From Vicugna vicugna (taxonomy: Eukaryota): a stretch of 64,000 nt of DNA. The position numbers and the translations under genes were made by a program. This document shows positions 23,806-36,992 of the stretch, one piece after another; position 1 is the first letter of the stretch; each line of letters begins with the position of its first letter. Under the pieces are notes generated by a model. The model was not told where the DNA came from and made no database searches. It saw only the letters and a list, made by a program, of their open reading frames with translations. Location: assembly GCA_013265495.1 (NCBI GenBank), contig MU058065.1, positions 2,085,003 through 2,149,002 of the forward strand, in the 5' to 3' direction.

Positions 23806-26524
23806 TTGTGTATAATTATCAGAATTTGGATGCATTAGGAATGGTACTTCAGGCTTCTTTCCTGCTAACTTCCTACATGTGCCACCAGGGTGCTACTTTG
23901 AGGACCTGGGATTGAGCCTGCTTCTACTAGAAATGCTCTTACAGCTTTTGGGTGTGAAGAAGGCTTTGCAGTGAAAGTCATAAAAAAAGGTTTTCATGCT
24001 AGGTTCTTGAAATATTTTACTCAAAGGCAAGCTCAGAAGGGTGTGAGAAGGGGGCATACCCCGAAAGGGCCCAGGCCTCTAGGTTGGGAGTTTGGAGGTG
24101 ACAATCAGCACCAGCAGAAGAAGGGATCCGAGTTAATGTAGATGTGAGGGTTTAAGTTTAAAAAGTTTCTTGAGAGAGATCAGGTTATAGCCCTATGTTT
24201 CTCTTTGTCTCCGCTGCATTCTATAAGCCGGTTAAGGGTACAGATAGTATTCATTTGTCTTAAAATCTCTTGCACCAGTGACAATCCCTGGCACAGAGTA
24301 GGCAGTAGATAAATGTTGGGTGAAGTGACTCAGCTCCTGGGAATGGAAATTCAATCCTGGATTACAGACATCTTTGATCTGACCACTCATTTCTGCACAT
24401 TTCCTTCACAGTCAAGGGTAATGGACAATTTCCAAAACAATCGACATCTGTTATAACCCAGTTCAGACTTTCCCAGACTAGGAACTACTATTAGGTGTGC
24501 AGCAAAAAGGGAAGTAGAAGAATTCAAGCTGCCCATCTGCTTTGAATTTTAGATTAGTCAAGATGTGCTGGATGTATGAACAGGACAGAGATTACCTTTA
24601 GTCAATTTTGTTCTTCTCAGTTCATAACCCTTTGTTCATGTTGGGTTGGTGGAACAAGAGGTGGTTCCTCACCACAAGGATCATCCATTGTAAACAGAAG
24701 CTAATAAATGTGAAGGACGTTAAAGTTACTTTCCTACTCAAAATTAGGGGAGGAGGATTATTTGTGTGACTATGTGCACGTACAGGTATTTGTATATGAT
24801 GATGCAAAGATATTATAGAATGTAAACATATCTTGGAGAGTAAAATCATGACAAATTTAGGCTTGAAGCCCACAGTTCCTCCTACTGAAGTCCCTAACCT
24901 CTCAAATGTCCTAAGGGAGAATGTGGCTATGACTTAGGCAAAGTCAAGGATATTAATTGGGCCCTGTATTTTAATGTGGTGTCTATGGGGAAAGCACCTG
25001 TATTGGAGCAAACGCTTGCTGTAGACTCACCTCTTTCTGGGTCTCTTCATCCAGAATGGGGGGAAGGCCCACCCACTGCTTCCACCCTTTGTTTCCTTCG
25101 GGCATATTTTCTTTCCTAGAATCTCGCTTTTCGCTTGGCTCCCTTCTTCAGTCTTTTGGGCGTTCAGACCCTCAGGCTTAGACCATCCTGGAACTGGTGG
25201 GTTGGAGCAGGCTTTCTCAGCAGTGGAGGCAGTGCCCCTCGCCTGCCCCTGTGCTCACTTCCTCCTTGAAGTGACCGGCATGCTCTGCTCTGAGCTGCCT
25301 TCCCACCACGGCATCATTAGTCAAGATGCCAGCATGTGTTCCACGCAAAGACAAAGAATTGGCTTTTCCGCTTTCCTTGATTTGAGGTGGCTTATAGGCA
25401 ACGGCAACTCGTGACATCCATAGCCTTACTCATGAACATTCTATATTTGGGTTAGAGGCCAAGCCTCCAGCCTGGAAAGTACTTTTGCTGGCCGCACTCC
25501 TCCCTGCTTAACTGCTCACCAGAGGATCTCCTAGGAGGAGTGGCTGGGCTAGGATAGAAAACGGGTATTCCTGGGACCTCTGCCCAAATCCCATTGTAAT
25601 CTGTCTCTAACATTCTCCAATCTCTGAGAAAAATCTAAGTTTTAAAACAGATGAATGCCTTTTATTTTGAGCCCAATACAGTGAGACACTATAGGAAATA
25701 ATGTGGACATGAATACATTAAAGTGATATATATTTACAAACCAAACCAAACCAAAAGTTCCATTTTCCTTGCATGCAAAACTTAATATTCTACCTTAACT
25801 TTAAAACAAAAGTACAGCTTGTATCTCAGCTTGCAAACATTTGGTACTGTACTTCTCTTAAATAGCACAATCCTGTCCAAATAGCTGTGCTTAAAAAATA
25901 CATCAAATAAGCTAAAAGTTCTGTTAACACCGAGTGGGATTCTGGGAATGAGTGTTAGATCGGTTTTAATTAATTAACTAATTTTAATGACAGAATAAAG
26001 AAGGGCAAACAATAAGGGGCTTATGGAAAGACGCCAGGGTCATTTATGCAACTCCAATGAGACAGTGCCGGGATTTCTATTCAATACTGATGATCCACGG
26101 TATTTAGAAATGAACGGTTTCGATATAGCACGGGATTTGTTTCTTCTCTGTGCTTACTCCATGTTCAAGATCTTGATTATGGTCATTGGAGGCTCATTCT
26201 AAAGAACATGTATGAAGCAGAATTAGGAAGTGTACTATGTACACAGACCAAGTGAAGATGCTTTTCTGCTGTGTAAACCAAAAAGAAATGTCCATGTCAA
26301 GGAGATGATAAATTCAGCAAATCAGATTTTCATAATTAATTTCTTAGAAGTTACCTGTTTGAAGGTTAACTTTTCAATAATTCCATTTTCAAGCTGAAGA
26401 AATTCTTTTAGCTATTTTAAGTAACATTGGTTCTCAGGGGGAAAAATGAAAACAAAACAACCACCATAATCTTTAAATAACTTTCTTATACTTCACAGCC
26501 CTGCTTTCCAGAACTTAGAGGTTG

Positions 26525-29037
26525 TTTTTTCACTCTATTACTATTTTTTAGGGCAGTTTTAGATTTACAATAAAACTGAGAGAAAGGTACAGAAATTTTC
26601 CACATACCCGATGCTCCCAACATGCAAAGCTTCCCCCATTCCATCACTCACTGAAATGGTACATTTTTTTTAAGAAGGATGAAACTACATTGACATGTCA
26701 TAATCCCCCGAAGTCCATAGCTCACCTTCGTTCACTCTTGTATATTCTGTGGTTTGGACAAATGTACAATGACACGTATCCATTCTTATAATCCCATACA
26801 GAGTATTTTCACTGCCCTAAAAATCCTCTGTGCTCTCCTGTTCATCTCTTCTACCCGTGCCCCTAGAAACCACTGATCTTTTTACTCTCCTCATAGTTTT
26901 AGCTTTTCCAGAATGCCAAATAATTGAAATCACGCAGTGCACAGCCTTTTCCTATTGGCTTCTTTCACTAGTAATATGTATTTGAGCTTTCTCCATGATT
27001 TTCAACCACTTGATAGCTTTTTTTTTTCAAGTGCTGAATAATAGTCTTTTGTCTGAATGTGTCACAGTTTTGTTTTTTTTTAATCCATTCACCTACTGAA
27101 GGACAACTTGGTAGCTTCTAAGTTTTGGCAATTATGAATAAAGTTGCTATAAACATCTGTGCAAGTTTCTGTGTGGATGTAAGTTTTCAGCTCCCGTGGG
27201 CAAATACTAAGAAGTGTGATTGCTAGGTTGTATGGTAAGAGTATGACTTGTTATAAGGAATTGGCAAACTGTCTTCCAAAGTGGCTATACCATTATGCAT
27301 TCCCACCAGCAACATATGAGTTCCTGTTGCTCCACATCCTTGCCAAGATTTGGTGTTGTCAGCGTTCTGGATTTTGGCCATTCTAATAGGTGTATAATGA
27401 TATCTCATTGTTATTTTAATTTGCACTTCCCTGATAACATACAATATGGAGCATCTTTTCATATGCTTAGCTGCCACATGTATATATTCTTTGATGAGGT
27501 ACCTTTTAGGGACTTTGGCCTACTTTTTAATCAGGTGGTTTGTTTTCTTATTCTTGAGTTTTAAGAGTTCTGTGTGTATTTTAGATGACAGTCCTTTATC
27601 AGCTGTATCTTTTGCAAATATTTTCTCCCAGTCTGTGGCTTACCTTCCAATTCTTTTGATATTGTCTTTAGCAAAAGTTTTTACTTTTAATGAAGTGTGA
27701 CCTATCCATTACTTCATTCATGGATCATGTCTTCGGTGATGTATCTAGAAAGGATTCACTGTTCTCAAGTTCATCCAGGTTTCCTCTTGTGTCATGCTCT
27801 AAGAATTTTACAGTTTTATGCTTTACACTTAGGTTTATAATTTATTTTGAGTTAGCTTTTGTGAGGGATGTAAGGTGTGTATCTAGATTCTTTTTTTGCA
27901 TAGGGATGTCTAGTTGTTCCAGCACCATTTGTAGAAGTGATTATTTTTGCTGCATTGTATTGCTTTTTCTTCTTTGTCAAAGGTCAGTTGACTACATTTC
28001 TGTAGGTTCATTTCTGGGTTCTCTACTCTGTTCTATCTGTCTGTCTATCTATCTGTCTGTCTATCTATCTATCTTTTTGTCAGTACAAGCCTGTCTTGGT
28101 TGTTGTAGCTTTGGAGGAAGTCCTGAAGTTGGGTGCCAGTCCTTCAACTTTTCTCTTGTTCTTCAATCTTGTGTTGACTATTCTGGGTCCTTTGCCTCTC
28201 CATAAAAACTTTAAAATCAGTTTGTTGATATCCACAAAATACCTTGCTGGGATTTTGATTGGTATTGCATTGAATCTATAGATAAATTTGGGAAAACTGA
28301 CATCTTGACAATATTGAATCTTCCTATCCGTGAACATGAAATCTCTCTCCATTTATTCCATTTCATTCTTTTTTGATTTCATTCATCAAAGTTTTTCAGT
28401 TTTCTTCATCTAGATCTTGCACATATTTTGTTAGATTTATACTTAAGTATTCTATTTGGGAGCTAATGTAAATGGTATGGTGTTTTTAATTTCAATTCCA
28501 CTGGTTTGTTTACAGGAAACAATTGACTTTTGTATATGAACCTTGTATCCTGTAGCCTTGCTTTAATCACTTATTAGTTCCAGGGAATTTTGTCAGTTCT
28601 TTCAGATTTTCTACATAGTTGACTATGTCATCTGTGAACAAAGCCAGTTTTATGTCTTTTTTCCCAATCTGTGTATCTTTGTTCTTGCCTTATTACATTA
28701 GCAAGGACTTCCAGTGCAGTGTTGAAAAGCAGTGGTGAGAGAAGACATCCGTGCTTTGCATGTGATCTTAATGTGAGTGCTTCAAGTTTCTCAACATTAA
28801 ATGTGATATTGGTTCTAGGGTTTTTGTAGATAGTCTTTTTCAAGTTGAGAAAGATCCCCTCTATTTCCAGTTTACTGAAAATTTTTTATTATGAGTGAGT
28901 GTTGTATTTTGCAAGCACTTTTTCTGCATCTATTGATATGATCATATGATTTTTCTTTTTCAGTCTGTTCATGTGATGGATTTGAGCCCACCTTGCATAC
29001 CTGGGATAAATCCCACTTGGTTTTGGTGAGTCATTCT
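26525..29037 (-). mobile_element. L1MC1-like LINE-1, ~2.5 kb (3'UTR plus decayed ORF2)
   Basis: 3'UTR gcagttttagatttaca...gatgaaactacattgac...gtccatag; ORF2 remnants KHMKRCS...MRYHYTPIRMAKI, IYRFNAIPIKIPA, GCLLSPLLFNTALEVLA on the minus strand. Confidence 0.95.
28032..28074 (+). repeat. (TCTA/TCTG)n tetranucleotide microsatellite
   Basis: About 11 compound units inside the L1. Confidence 0.9.
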
Positions 29038-29060
29038 TTTGTTTGTTTGTTTGTTTGTTT
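29038..29060 (+). repeat. (TTTG)n
   Basis: About 5-6 units at the truncation point of the L1. Confidence 0.85.
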
Positions 29061-29460
29061 ACTGGACAGCATCTACAATTTTATATCATTTCCTTTGCAG
29101 TTTTTTTCTTCAGGCATGTTCAGATACATTTGGCCCTGAGTTCAGTGGTGTTTCGCATGGCTTGGGCTATTAAGCCTTTGATGGGTTATCGATAAATATT
29201 TGCCTGCTGTTTTCATTGAGGGAAACACAGTGGAGACTCATAAAGGTCCACACAAGAGATGAAAAGCATCAAGATGTATTAGTAAATTGCTTCTGATATT
29301 GTCATTGACAAGAAACAGAAAATACCTCTAGGCAGATGATCAGTAGGCAATTTAGTTTTCATTAGTAAGTATTTCATCATTACGCTTGCATCTGAAACAG
29401 AATACCTTAAGAAGACACTCCAGCACAGAAAAATAATGATGCATATAAAATGAGCCTTGC

Positions 29461-29607
29461 GGGGAGGGTATAGCTCAGTGGTAGAGCACATGCTTAGCAT
29501 GCACAAGGTCCTGGGTTCAATCCCCAGTATCTTCATTAAAAAAACAAAGAAACTAATACTTAATAAATAAATAGACCTAATGATCTCCCCTCCCCCCAAA
29601 ATAAAAC
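29461..29607 (+). mobile_element. Camelid tRNA-Ala-derived SINE (Vic-1-like)
   Basis: Intact A box (TAGCTCAGTGG) and B box (GGTTCAATCC), AGC anticodon remnant; TSD AAAATGAGCCTT (29447-29458) / AAAACGAGCCTT (29608-29619). Confidence 0.96.
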
Positions 29608-30695
29608 AAAACGAGCCTTTTATTTTGTGTTGTTACATTGCTTTACTTCCAAGAAGTTTACGTAGTTTTACATAATTAAGCAATATGAAATCATTTTCTT
29701 TTGTGAATCTTATTACTCTTTAAAAGAAGTTATTTTGTCTAAGTGGTCAAAAGCTAGAAGAATGATGTGTCCAATAGCATACCTGATTACTTCTCAGAGT
29801 AATAAACTCCCTTGGAACACAAGATTTCTCTCATATGATCCATTTTATGTGTTGGGATTACTAAAGTTGATTTCAAGATAATCTGAATAATCTATTTTTA
29901 GTACCAGATAAAATGTGTATTCCCATTGCAAAATCAAAATCTGCTGCTTATTATGCTAATGTGATATTTACAAAAGCCATTACCATGGTTTCCAGCCCAA
30001 AGTCCCTCAAAGCCTTCAGAATTGGTCAATGAAAAGTCAGACTCACACACATGCAACTTTAAATTTTTAAAAAAGCTTTCTTAAACAATAGTGAAAAAAA
30101 GCTCAAGGAGAAATATTTTAGGCCATATAACTGTAGCTAATGTATCAATTACAGAAAGAGATTCAAATAATAACTATGGTTGACTTCTAAATGTTTAGTA
30201 ATTTGGTAAGTAATAGAATCTTTTATCCAGAAAAGTATATTTTCTTAAAATAATCTTCTGTTTGAGATTTCCTCCATGATTCTGTATTTTATAATTAACA
30301 CTAAGTTGAGCAAAACCATCCATGTCCTACCCAGAAATTATTTCCTTTGTGGTGATACTGGTTATTATATTCTCAAGTTTGCATTTTGTTCAATAATATC
30401 CTAAGCTGTGAAAATTTGCAGTAATTTGGGGATCTTACAGAGAACAATTAGTTCTAGATGAAATCCCCTCCCATCCCTAAAGGCAGCATTGATTGAGTCA
30501 CAGAGCCCAAGTGGAGCAGTGTGCTACCACAACTAGATAATTTGCTTCATAGATCAAGCCAGTTAACTGGAGACAACTTCCTAGAGGTGGCAAGGTAGCA
30601 AAGACGTGGTCTGAATATTTCAGTCCTCTGACAGTCACTTTAGGGATGTGTATTAATTTGTTGATTATACATTGCCATCTTTAAACAAATCACTC

Positions 30696-30935
30696 CAGTT
30701 CATACATTCTCACTGGAGCAATATTGCCCCTCAAAGGAACCATAATTTGTTTTTGCAGAGTGAAAAACACTTACTGTTTAATGCATAAAGCACAGATATA
30801 CGTTCAGTGCATAAACAGATATACAGTATATCTGTGGTATTAAAATTTACAGGGAGGGATAAGTAGAAAAAAATGACCAGAATGACTCCTAAGGGGGCAA
30901 TAATGGAAAAAAAAAATAAAGGTTGAGAAAGACTG
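30696..30935. mobile_element. hAT-Charlie MITE (MER112-like)
   Basis: gcaatattgcccc...cataaacagatatacagtatatctgtggtattaaaattt...aaggttgagaaagactg. Confidence 0.7.
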
Positions 30936-31289
30936 CTCTTGTTATACTCAAAAAGATTAAGGTATCTCTATGTGTACTTCTCAGGAAGATACATAGCAGC
31001 AAAGCTGTCAGTAATGTTTTGGTACCTCAGTATTACCATTATTTAGTTTTTAATTCTTTCTATTGTCCTTATCTTACTGGCTTAGCCTCTGTGATTTACC
31101 TGTGACAGCAGAAGTTCAAATGAACTTACTGTAAATTTATGTAATTAGGGGGTGATTTCAAAAGTCTTTCAATCACTTAATTTTTTACTTAAGTATCTAT
31201 AATTTTGTTTAATATTCACTAAAACATAAAAGATGATAAAGCATATAATATCATAAATATGTATTTAAGAAAATTCTCATTCTCCCTAT

Positions 31290-33000
31290 GCCATGTGTTG
31301 GTTATTCACTGAATAGGTATTTATTAGATGATCACTCTGTGCTATGTACAGAGATCCAGCAATTTTTTCAAAAAGCCAATTTTTTTCTCTGTCTTTTGGA
31401 GAAGAGAAATGAGCATTAAAATATTAATTTTATAATTAATAATTTAACTGTAATTCTTATAATGCTTAAAAGATCAAAGGGTAAAGACTCAAATGGTTAT
31501 TTGAAAGCGCATATATTATAGAGAACTGGTCTTGTTGAGGGATAAGAACTTACTTGATGAAAAAAAATTTCACCTAAAGGATACAGAGTCATAGGAATAG
31601 GGATGGGAAGACAGAGGGACTAAAATGTGTGAGGATTCCGAGTATAGATGAGCGAGGATTCTGAGTATAAATGAGCATGCCTCTGTGGAGGAACCAAAGA
31701 ATGGGTGTGGTTGGAGAGAAAGGGACTAGGCAGAGAAATGGGTACAGTGAGGTGGGTGGACAGTGGACCAGATGATGCAGGAGTTTGTGAGCTGTTTTAA
31801 AGATCTGAGGAAATATCCAAGCAGAAATGGAAGTCAATTGTAGAGTTTTAAGTAACAAAGTAAATTAATGTGATGTGAATGTTGAGATGATGCATTCTTT
31901 CTTTTTTTGATTGAAATATAGTTGACTTACAATGCTATATTAGTTTCAGGTGTACAACATAGCAATTTGATATTTATATAGATTACACTCCATAAAAAGT
32001 TATTATAAAATATTGACTATATTTTCTGTGCTGTACCTTATATCCTTGTAACTTATTTGTTTATACCTGGGAGATTGTACCTCCTAATTCCCTTCACCTA
32101 TTTTGCTCCTCCCCCTCCCCATGCGTTCAGAGTGTATTGTGGAATTTTAGTCAGAAGAGTGTTGGTGTGGGACACTTACAAGTAAAAAGGTTTTCTTCAG
32201 TTGGATCATTGCAGTAGAGATAAAACGATACGTAGAAATTGGTGATCGATTGGATATAAGAAGTAAGAAATAAAGAGATACAAAACGAGAGGCTTAGAGT
32301 CCTAACTGTGCATCTGGGTAAATAGTAGAACCATCCCTTAGATGGCATATACTGGGGGAGAATTGGTACACTCCATCTCTGGAAGGTGAAGACAGGGTTG
32401 GCGTGGGAAGAAGGACATGGAGAGAGACTAGGAACCCAGTTTTGAATACATTGAGTTTGAGGAGCCTGTGAGATATTTTAGTGGAAAAGCTGAGTAGGAA
32501 GTTGGATATACCACTCACCTGGACTTAGAAGGGAGATCTATGCTAGAGACAAAATTTAGAGTATATAACTGGACATTTGGAGCCCCAGACACGAATGAGA
32601 GAGCCTGGGGAAAGCATATCATAGAAGAAGAAAATTGGGTCTTGTAGTGAATGTTGTGCGCTTCCAACATGTTCGGCAAAAAACTGAGGTGCGTATGGAG
32701 GTTACTGAAAAGCCAAAAGTGTTGTATCCCCAGGGAAGAGGATATTTCAGGATGGTGGAAATCAGTTGGGTGAAATGTTATTGGAATTTCCAACTAATAT
32801 GTAAGAAGAGGAAAGTAGCTATTGGATCTGATGGCCTGGATCTGGTGGCCTGGATCTCTCTCACTGAGAACTGATCAGGCGCAGTCAGTGCAAGTGAGAT
32901 GAAAATGCACAGACACAGAGAAGTGAAGAAACAAGCAAGCACAGACAACTCAACCCTGAAAGGGAGAAGAAGGAAAGAACAGCTGGAGAAGGAAGTCGTG
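31290..33000 (-). mobile_element. Long degraded LINE-2, interrupted by an L1 3' end
   Basis: ttattcactgaataggtatttatt...; ttgaatacattgagtttgaggagcctgtgagatatttt agtggaaaagctgagtaggaagttggatata. Confidence 0.7.
31898..32120 (-). mobile_element. Short L1 3' end (older lineage type)
   Basis: ttttgattgaaatatagttgacttacaat...ttagtttcaggtgtacaacatag; TSD ATGCATTC (31890-31897) / ATGCGTTC (32121-32128). Confidence 0.85.
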
Positions 33001-34544
33001 TCAAGTAAGAAGACCACACTATGAGGGACAGACGGGAGGAGAACAAGGTCAGTCTGAAGACAGAGGACTGAACTTCAGAGGTGCAGGAGTATCTCTCTAT
33101 TCTACAGAAGAGAAGACGTTAAGGATGAGGGAAGATGCAGTAATTCTACAGGCTTGGCCACAGATATTTGAGAAAGTTCCTGGGTAAAATATTTCCAGTC
33201 CTACAAATATCCAGCCCAAATCAAGAACACTCTCAAATTCCTGTCAACCTAGTCCCTAAACTTACCTGCATCTTCTCCCAGGACAACGCAGATGACATCT
33301 AACTAGTACTCCTCATCCGTTCAATCCCGCTGACCAAGCAAGTTCTCTCAGTCTCTCTCTCACTCTGTCTTACAGTGAGTAAGAAGAGGTCATTTTGGTG
33401 CCTAACGAAAGCAGAAAGAAGAACTATTACCCTGGGTATCTTCCAGAGACAAAGCCCTGACATAAGTTCTTGGTGAGGAAGGTTATTGCCTTATTCAAAG
33501 CTCATGGTGGTTTTCGGTCCTTTAGGCTTAAGGATTATAAGTTTGGTGCCAAGAAGTTCTCATGCCTCTTCTTGTTTCTGCAAGGAGTACACAGCATAAA
33601 TGTGACCCAGGGACAAGACGAACAATTTATACTCCCCCCACTTTTTTTTAGCCTCTGCATGCCAAGGATTAGATCACCTTTTAATGAGAGATTACAATTC
33701 CTTTAAGGATTAATTCAGTTGAAATGTCAAAGAGCTGGGTGGAGAGGATTTTTTCAGCACCTCAACTCAAAAGAGAATAAATGATATTTAAGTAGGTTCA
33801 TATTTCACGTCTGGAGGGCAGGGAGCTTTAAGGTTTAAAGGGTCAGTGATGCTTCCAGGAAATGCTAGGCTTTAGAAGATTTTCTAATTTTCTGCTCTCT
33901 TTCCAGAAGGGATTCTTGCCCTTTTCCCATCAAGACAAATCAGATAACGTTCAGGTCTGAGTCACATCCCCATGGACATACCCCTGGCTGTGACATGGAC
34001 ACATTTGCTGTGATTTCCATTCCTTTCCCCTTCCAGAGAGATCATCATAGTTCAAGAGAGGGGGATGTACATTAACTTAATATAAACCTGAACATCAGCT
34101 CCAAATAACACATGTTTTATAAGTTGTATATGGATGTTCAAACTTAACTACTGGCCAAGTTAGATGCTGGAAGTCAGTGAGGAAAATTCAATGACTGAGA
34201 ATTCTAACTTTTAGCGAGCAGACAAGGGAACAAAGTGAAGCTAGAGTTGCCCTAGTAGAGAAAGAATAGTTCCTCTTGTTTGCAGGAAGAGAAGGATATT
34301 TTGTTGCTTTTTTGATTGTCCTTAATCTCGTCTCTGTTCAGGCATGATTCCGGAATGGTCTTACTTGGGCCTGGCTCCATCATGGTCATGGTGTGACCTC
34401 ATCTGATGTTGAAATTCTGTGAAATTGTTTACGTTCATTGGGAACACTGTGGGTTGGTACCAGCTGTTAGTTGTCAGAGCCTTCGTTTGGTTTGCATCAC
34501 AGACACATCTTGCCCCTGCAGCCCTGCTGCCTAGTTTCTCTCCT

Positions 34545-34780
34545 GCCCTATTTGGGAGCCATTTTTGTTAGTTCTAGTTTATCCTTCCAGTATTTCTTTT
34601 TTTTGCAAATATAATCATGCATATTCTTGTTTCTTCCTTTGCGAAAACAGGTGGCATACAACATACAGTGTTCTACAACCTGCTTTCTTCTCTTATCAAT
34701 ACACACAGGAAATCTTCCCATATCAGTTCACAAATGGCTCTCATTCTTTTTTGTGGGTGTATAGTATTCCACAGTCCAAC
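34545..34780 (-). mobile_element. Old L1ME-type fragment
   Basis: catacagtgttctacaacctgctttcttc...atcttcccatatcag...ctcattcttttt...atagtattcca. Confidence 0.6.
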
Positions 34781-34974
34781 TGTATCAGAGTAATTACAGA
34801 ACTTTGGCATCTTAACAACAAATACCTCATGATCCTAAAAGAATATTGTGTGGATGGCTGTTTATTTATAAAGTGCTGAATTTGCATTTCAAAGCATTTG
34901 CCAGATTAACCAGAATCAAGACAGATGTGACAGAGACTCTGGTGAACTAGCAATCTTCTTGGCAAGTCCACCGG

Positions 34975-35045
34975 CAATGTTCCCAGCAAGTCACTTAAAC
35001 TCTCTGAGCCTCAGTTTTCAAATTTGTTAAAACAAGGAGTTGACA
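34975..35045 (+). mobile_element. MIR core
   Basis: gcaagtcacttaaactctctgagcctcagttttc. Confidence 0.75.
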
Positions 35046-35102
35046 CATATTTGAAGCCCAATCGCATTTCATCTTTTTTAATCTTATTCTTATAGCTGAA
35101 AA

Positions 35103-35296
35103 CCAGTGATTTATAGGTAGATGTTTAACAACTCACTCAAAGTCCGAATTTGTAGCATTTGCTGCTTACCATAGTGTAAACACTCCCATGGGGACCAGTT
35201 TCAGGATTCTAACAGTTTAACAGCTAGCTAGCAAATTTCTGAAAATTTAACAATCAGCTCTTGGAGCTGATACAGTCTGATTTCAGCATACAGCCA
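35103..35296. mobile_element. MER63A-like hAT MITE
   Basis: ccagtg...atgtttaacaac...tttgtagcatttgc...gtgtaaacactccc...gaaaatttaacaatcagctc...cagcataca. Confidence 0.75.
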
Positions 35297-35599
35297 GGAA
35301 AACTTTCTCAAATAAGGGACACTAAGATTCATACAGTATAACCTCATCGGGTAGAAGATAACATCCTAAAAGCTCAAGTTACATCACACACAAATTGGAA
35401 AAGATAAAAAGAAAGCTAAAGAACATTATTTTCTAAATCTACTACATTTAGCATCCTCTGAGGCTTCCATTAGTCTGTCGCACAGAAGGAATGTCAAGGA
35501 ACAAGCAAAAACTCACTTTAATAAGTAGCATACATTTGCCCAACATTTACAAAAAGGCTTACTTGATTGGGTCAAGGTTTACTAAGTATACTATCTAAT

Positions 35600-35775
35600 T
35601 TTGATTCTTAACCGTGGTTGTGCCTTCTCATCAGGATTTTTGAAGTTACGGGCATCCTGGTCCCACCCCAGACTAATTAAGTCAGAATTTCTGAAGGACG
35701 GGGCTCAGGAAGCGATTCATTTTAAAAGAGTTTCGGGGAATTCTAATGTGCCACCAGGGGCAAGGATAAGCGGTC
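35600..35775. mobile_element. MER5-like MITE
   Basis: tcccaccccagactaattaagtcagaatttctg...ggaattctaatgtgc. Confidence 0.7.
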
Positions 35776-36844
35776 TTGGGATACTCGGTGCATACGTCTT
35801 CTGCTACTTCTCGTTCTCTTTTGAGGCGAAGCACACTGAACAGTTACGTGCCCACAAACAGGTACGGATTCAGCTGAACTGGCTCAAGCGGGAGAAAAAG
35901 TCTTTGAGACCCTACAAACACGACAAATGCAACTGGTCTCTCTGAAAAATCGGCTCGACAGAACTCGCCATCGGGCCTCCCATGTCACTGCTCAAGTGTA
36001 AGACCCACTGCAAAACTGGAACTAGAGCTTGCTCAGAAGTCTGGTCTCTCTATGCGAGATATGAGTTTGTTTTGTTTTAAAGAAAGGGCATCTTGCTGCT
36101 GCTTTTTTTGCTGGCCTTGAGAAGCAGCAGACGATCCCTGCACACAGGAAGTTAATTACCCCAGAGGCCCAGGTGCAACCAGTTAGGTGGTTTCCATGGA
36201 GACAAAAGCTACACATCCCAGGGTTTTCCAGAATGGGCTCTATTTCGTGAAATCTTATTCTCCTCAATAAAGATCATTCCTAAACATGAAAATAGAAGCG
36301 TGATTTGATTCCTTTATGCGTGCATTAATGTATAAACAGAAAAAAATACTTTGCCAAATAATGGACCCTTGTCTTTGTTAGGAAAATTAAGGATAGGTAT
36401 AATTTGAGTAGATTAGTTAAAAAAAAATGAAAGAAAGAAAAAGGGTAAATCCAAGGTACTTTGAAATCCTGTTGGAAAAACTGGAAAACCAGCTTCCCCA
36501 GAGGCCTTCTGACACTTGAAGAATGGTGCTGCTATGCCTAGTGTAAGTTCCAGGTGTGCCCAGCATGAGAGGCCCAACAGCTCCCATCCAAGATTTCATT
36601 ACATATTCTGTCCAATTTGATGGACTTTCAGTTCTTCTGAAGAAAACCCAGTGTAGAGCTACGTCTCTAAAACTTAACTCAAGGGGTATTACTGATCAGC
36701 CAAAATGGTAGTATTTTTTTCCTTAAAAAAGACATGTTACCTCATTCTTTGGATAGTTTTTGAGTTATTCCACACAGTTGGATTTCAGTTAATAGCAACA
36801 TGCCAGTGTTGTTTTTTTTTTTTTTTTAGTTTTGACAAAGTCCC

Positions 36845-36992
36845 ATAATAGTTCATGTAAAAACGTTAACATTAAAAGAAATTGTGTGTGTATGTGTTTG
36901 GGGTGGGGGTAGGGGGGTATTAGGGAACTCTCTGTACTGTCTTTGTGATTTTCCTATAATCCTAAAATTATTCCAAGACAAAGGGTTTATTA
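36845..36992 (+). mobile_element. Old L1 3' end fragment
   Basis: gggaactctctgtactgtctttgtgattttcctataatcctaaaattattcca. Confidence 0.6.

Noticed and set aside
27223..28843. ORFs with L1 ORF2-like peptides and their antisense ORFs
   Set aside because: Frameshifted remnants of an old L1, not a host gene or an active element
29461..29535. tRNA-Ala gene look-alikes (also at 15750, 43564, 56620-56693)
   Set aside because: SINE heads: imperfect acceptor stems, shared non-tRNA tail, A tail and TSDs
35748..35763. CTCF-like CCACCAGGGGCA (similar near-matches at ~30580 and ~47290)
   Set aside because: One base short or multiple core mismatches, and lies at a MER5 end
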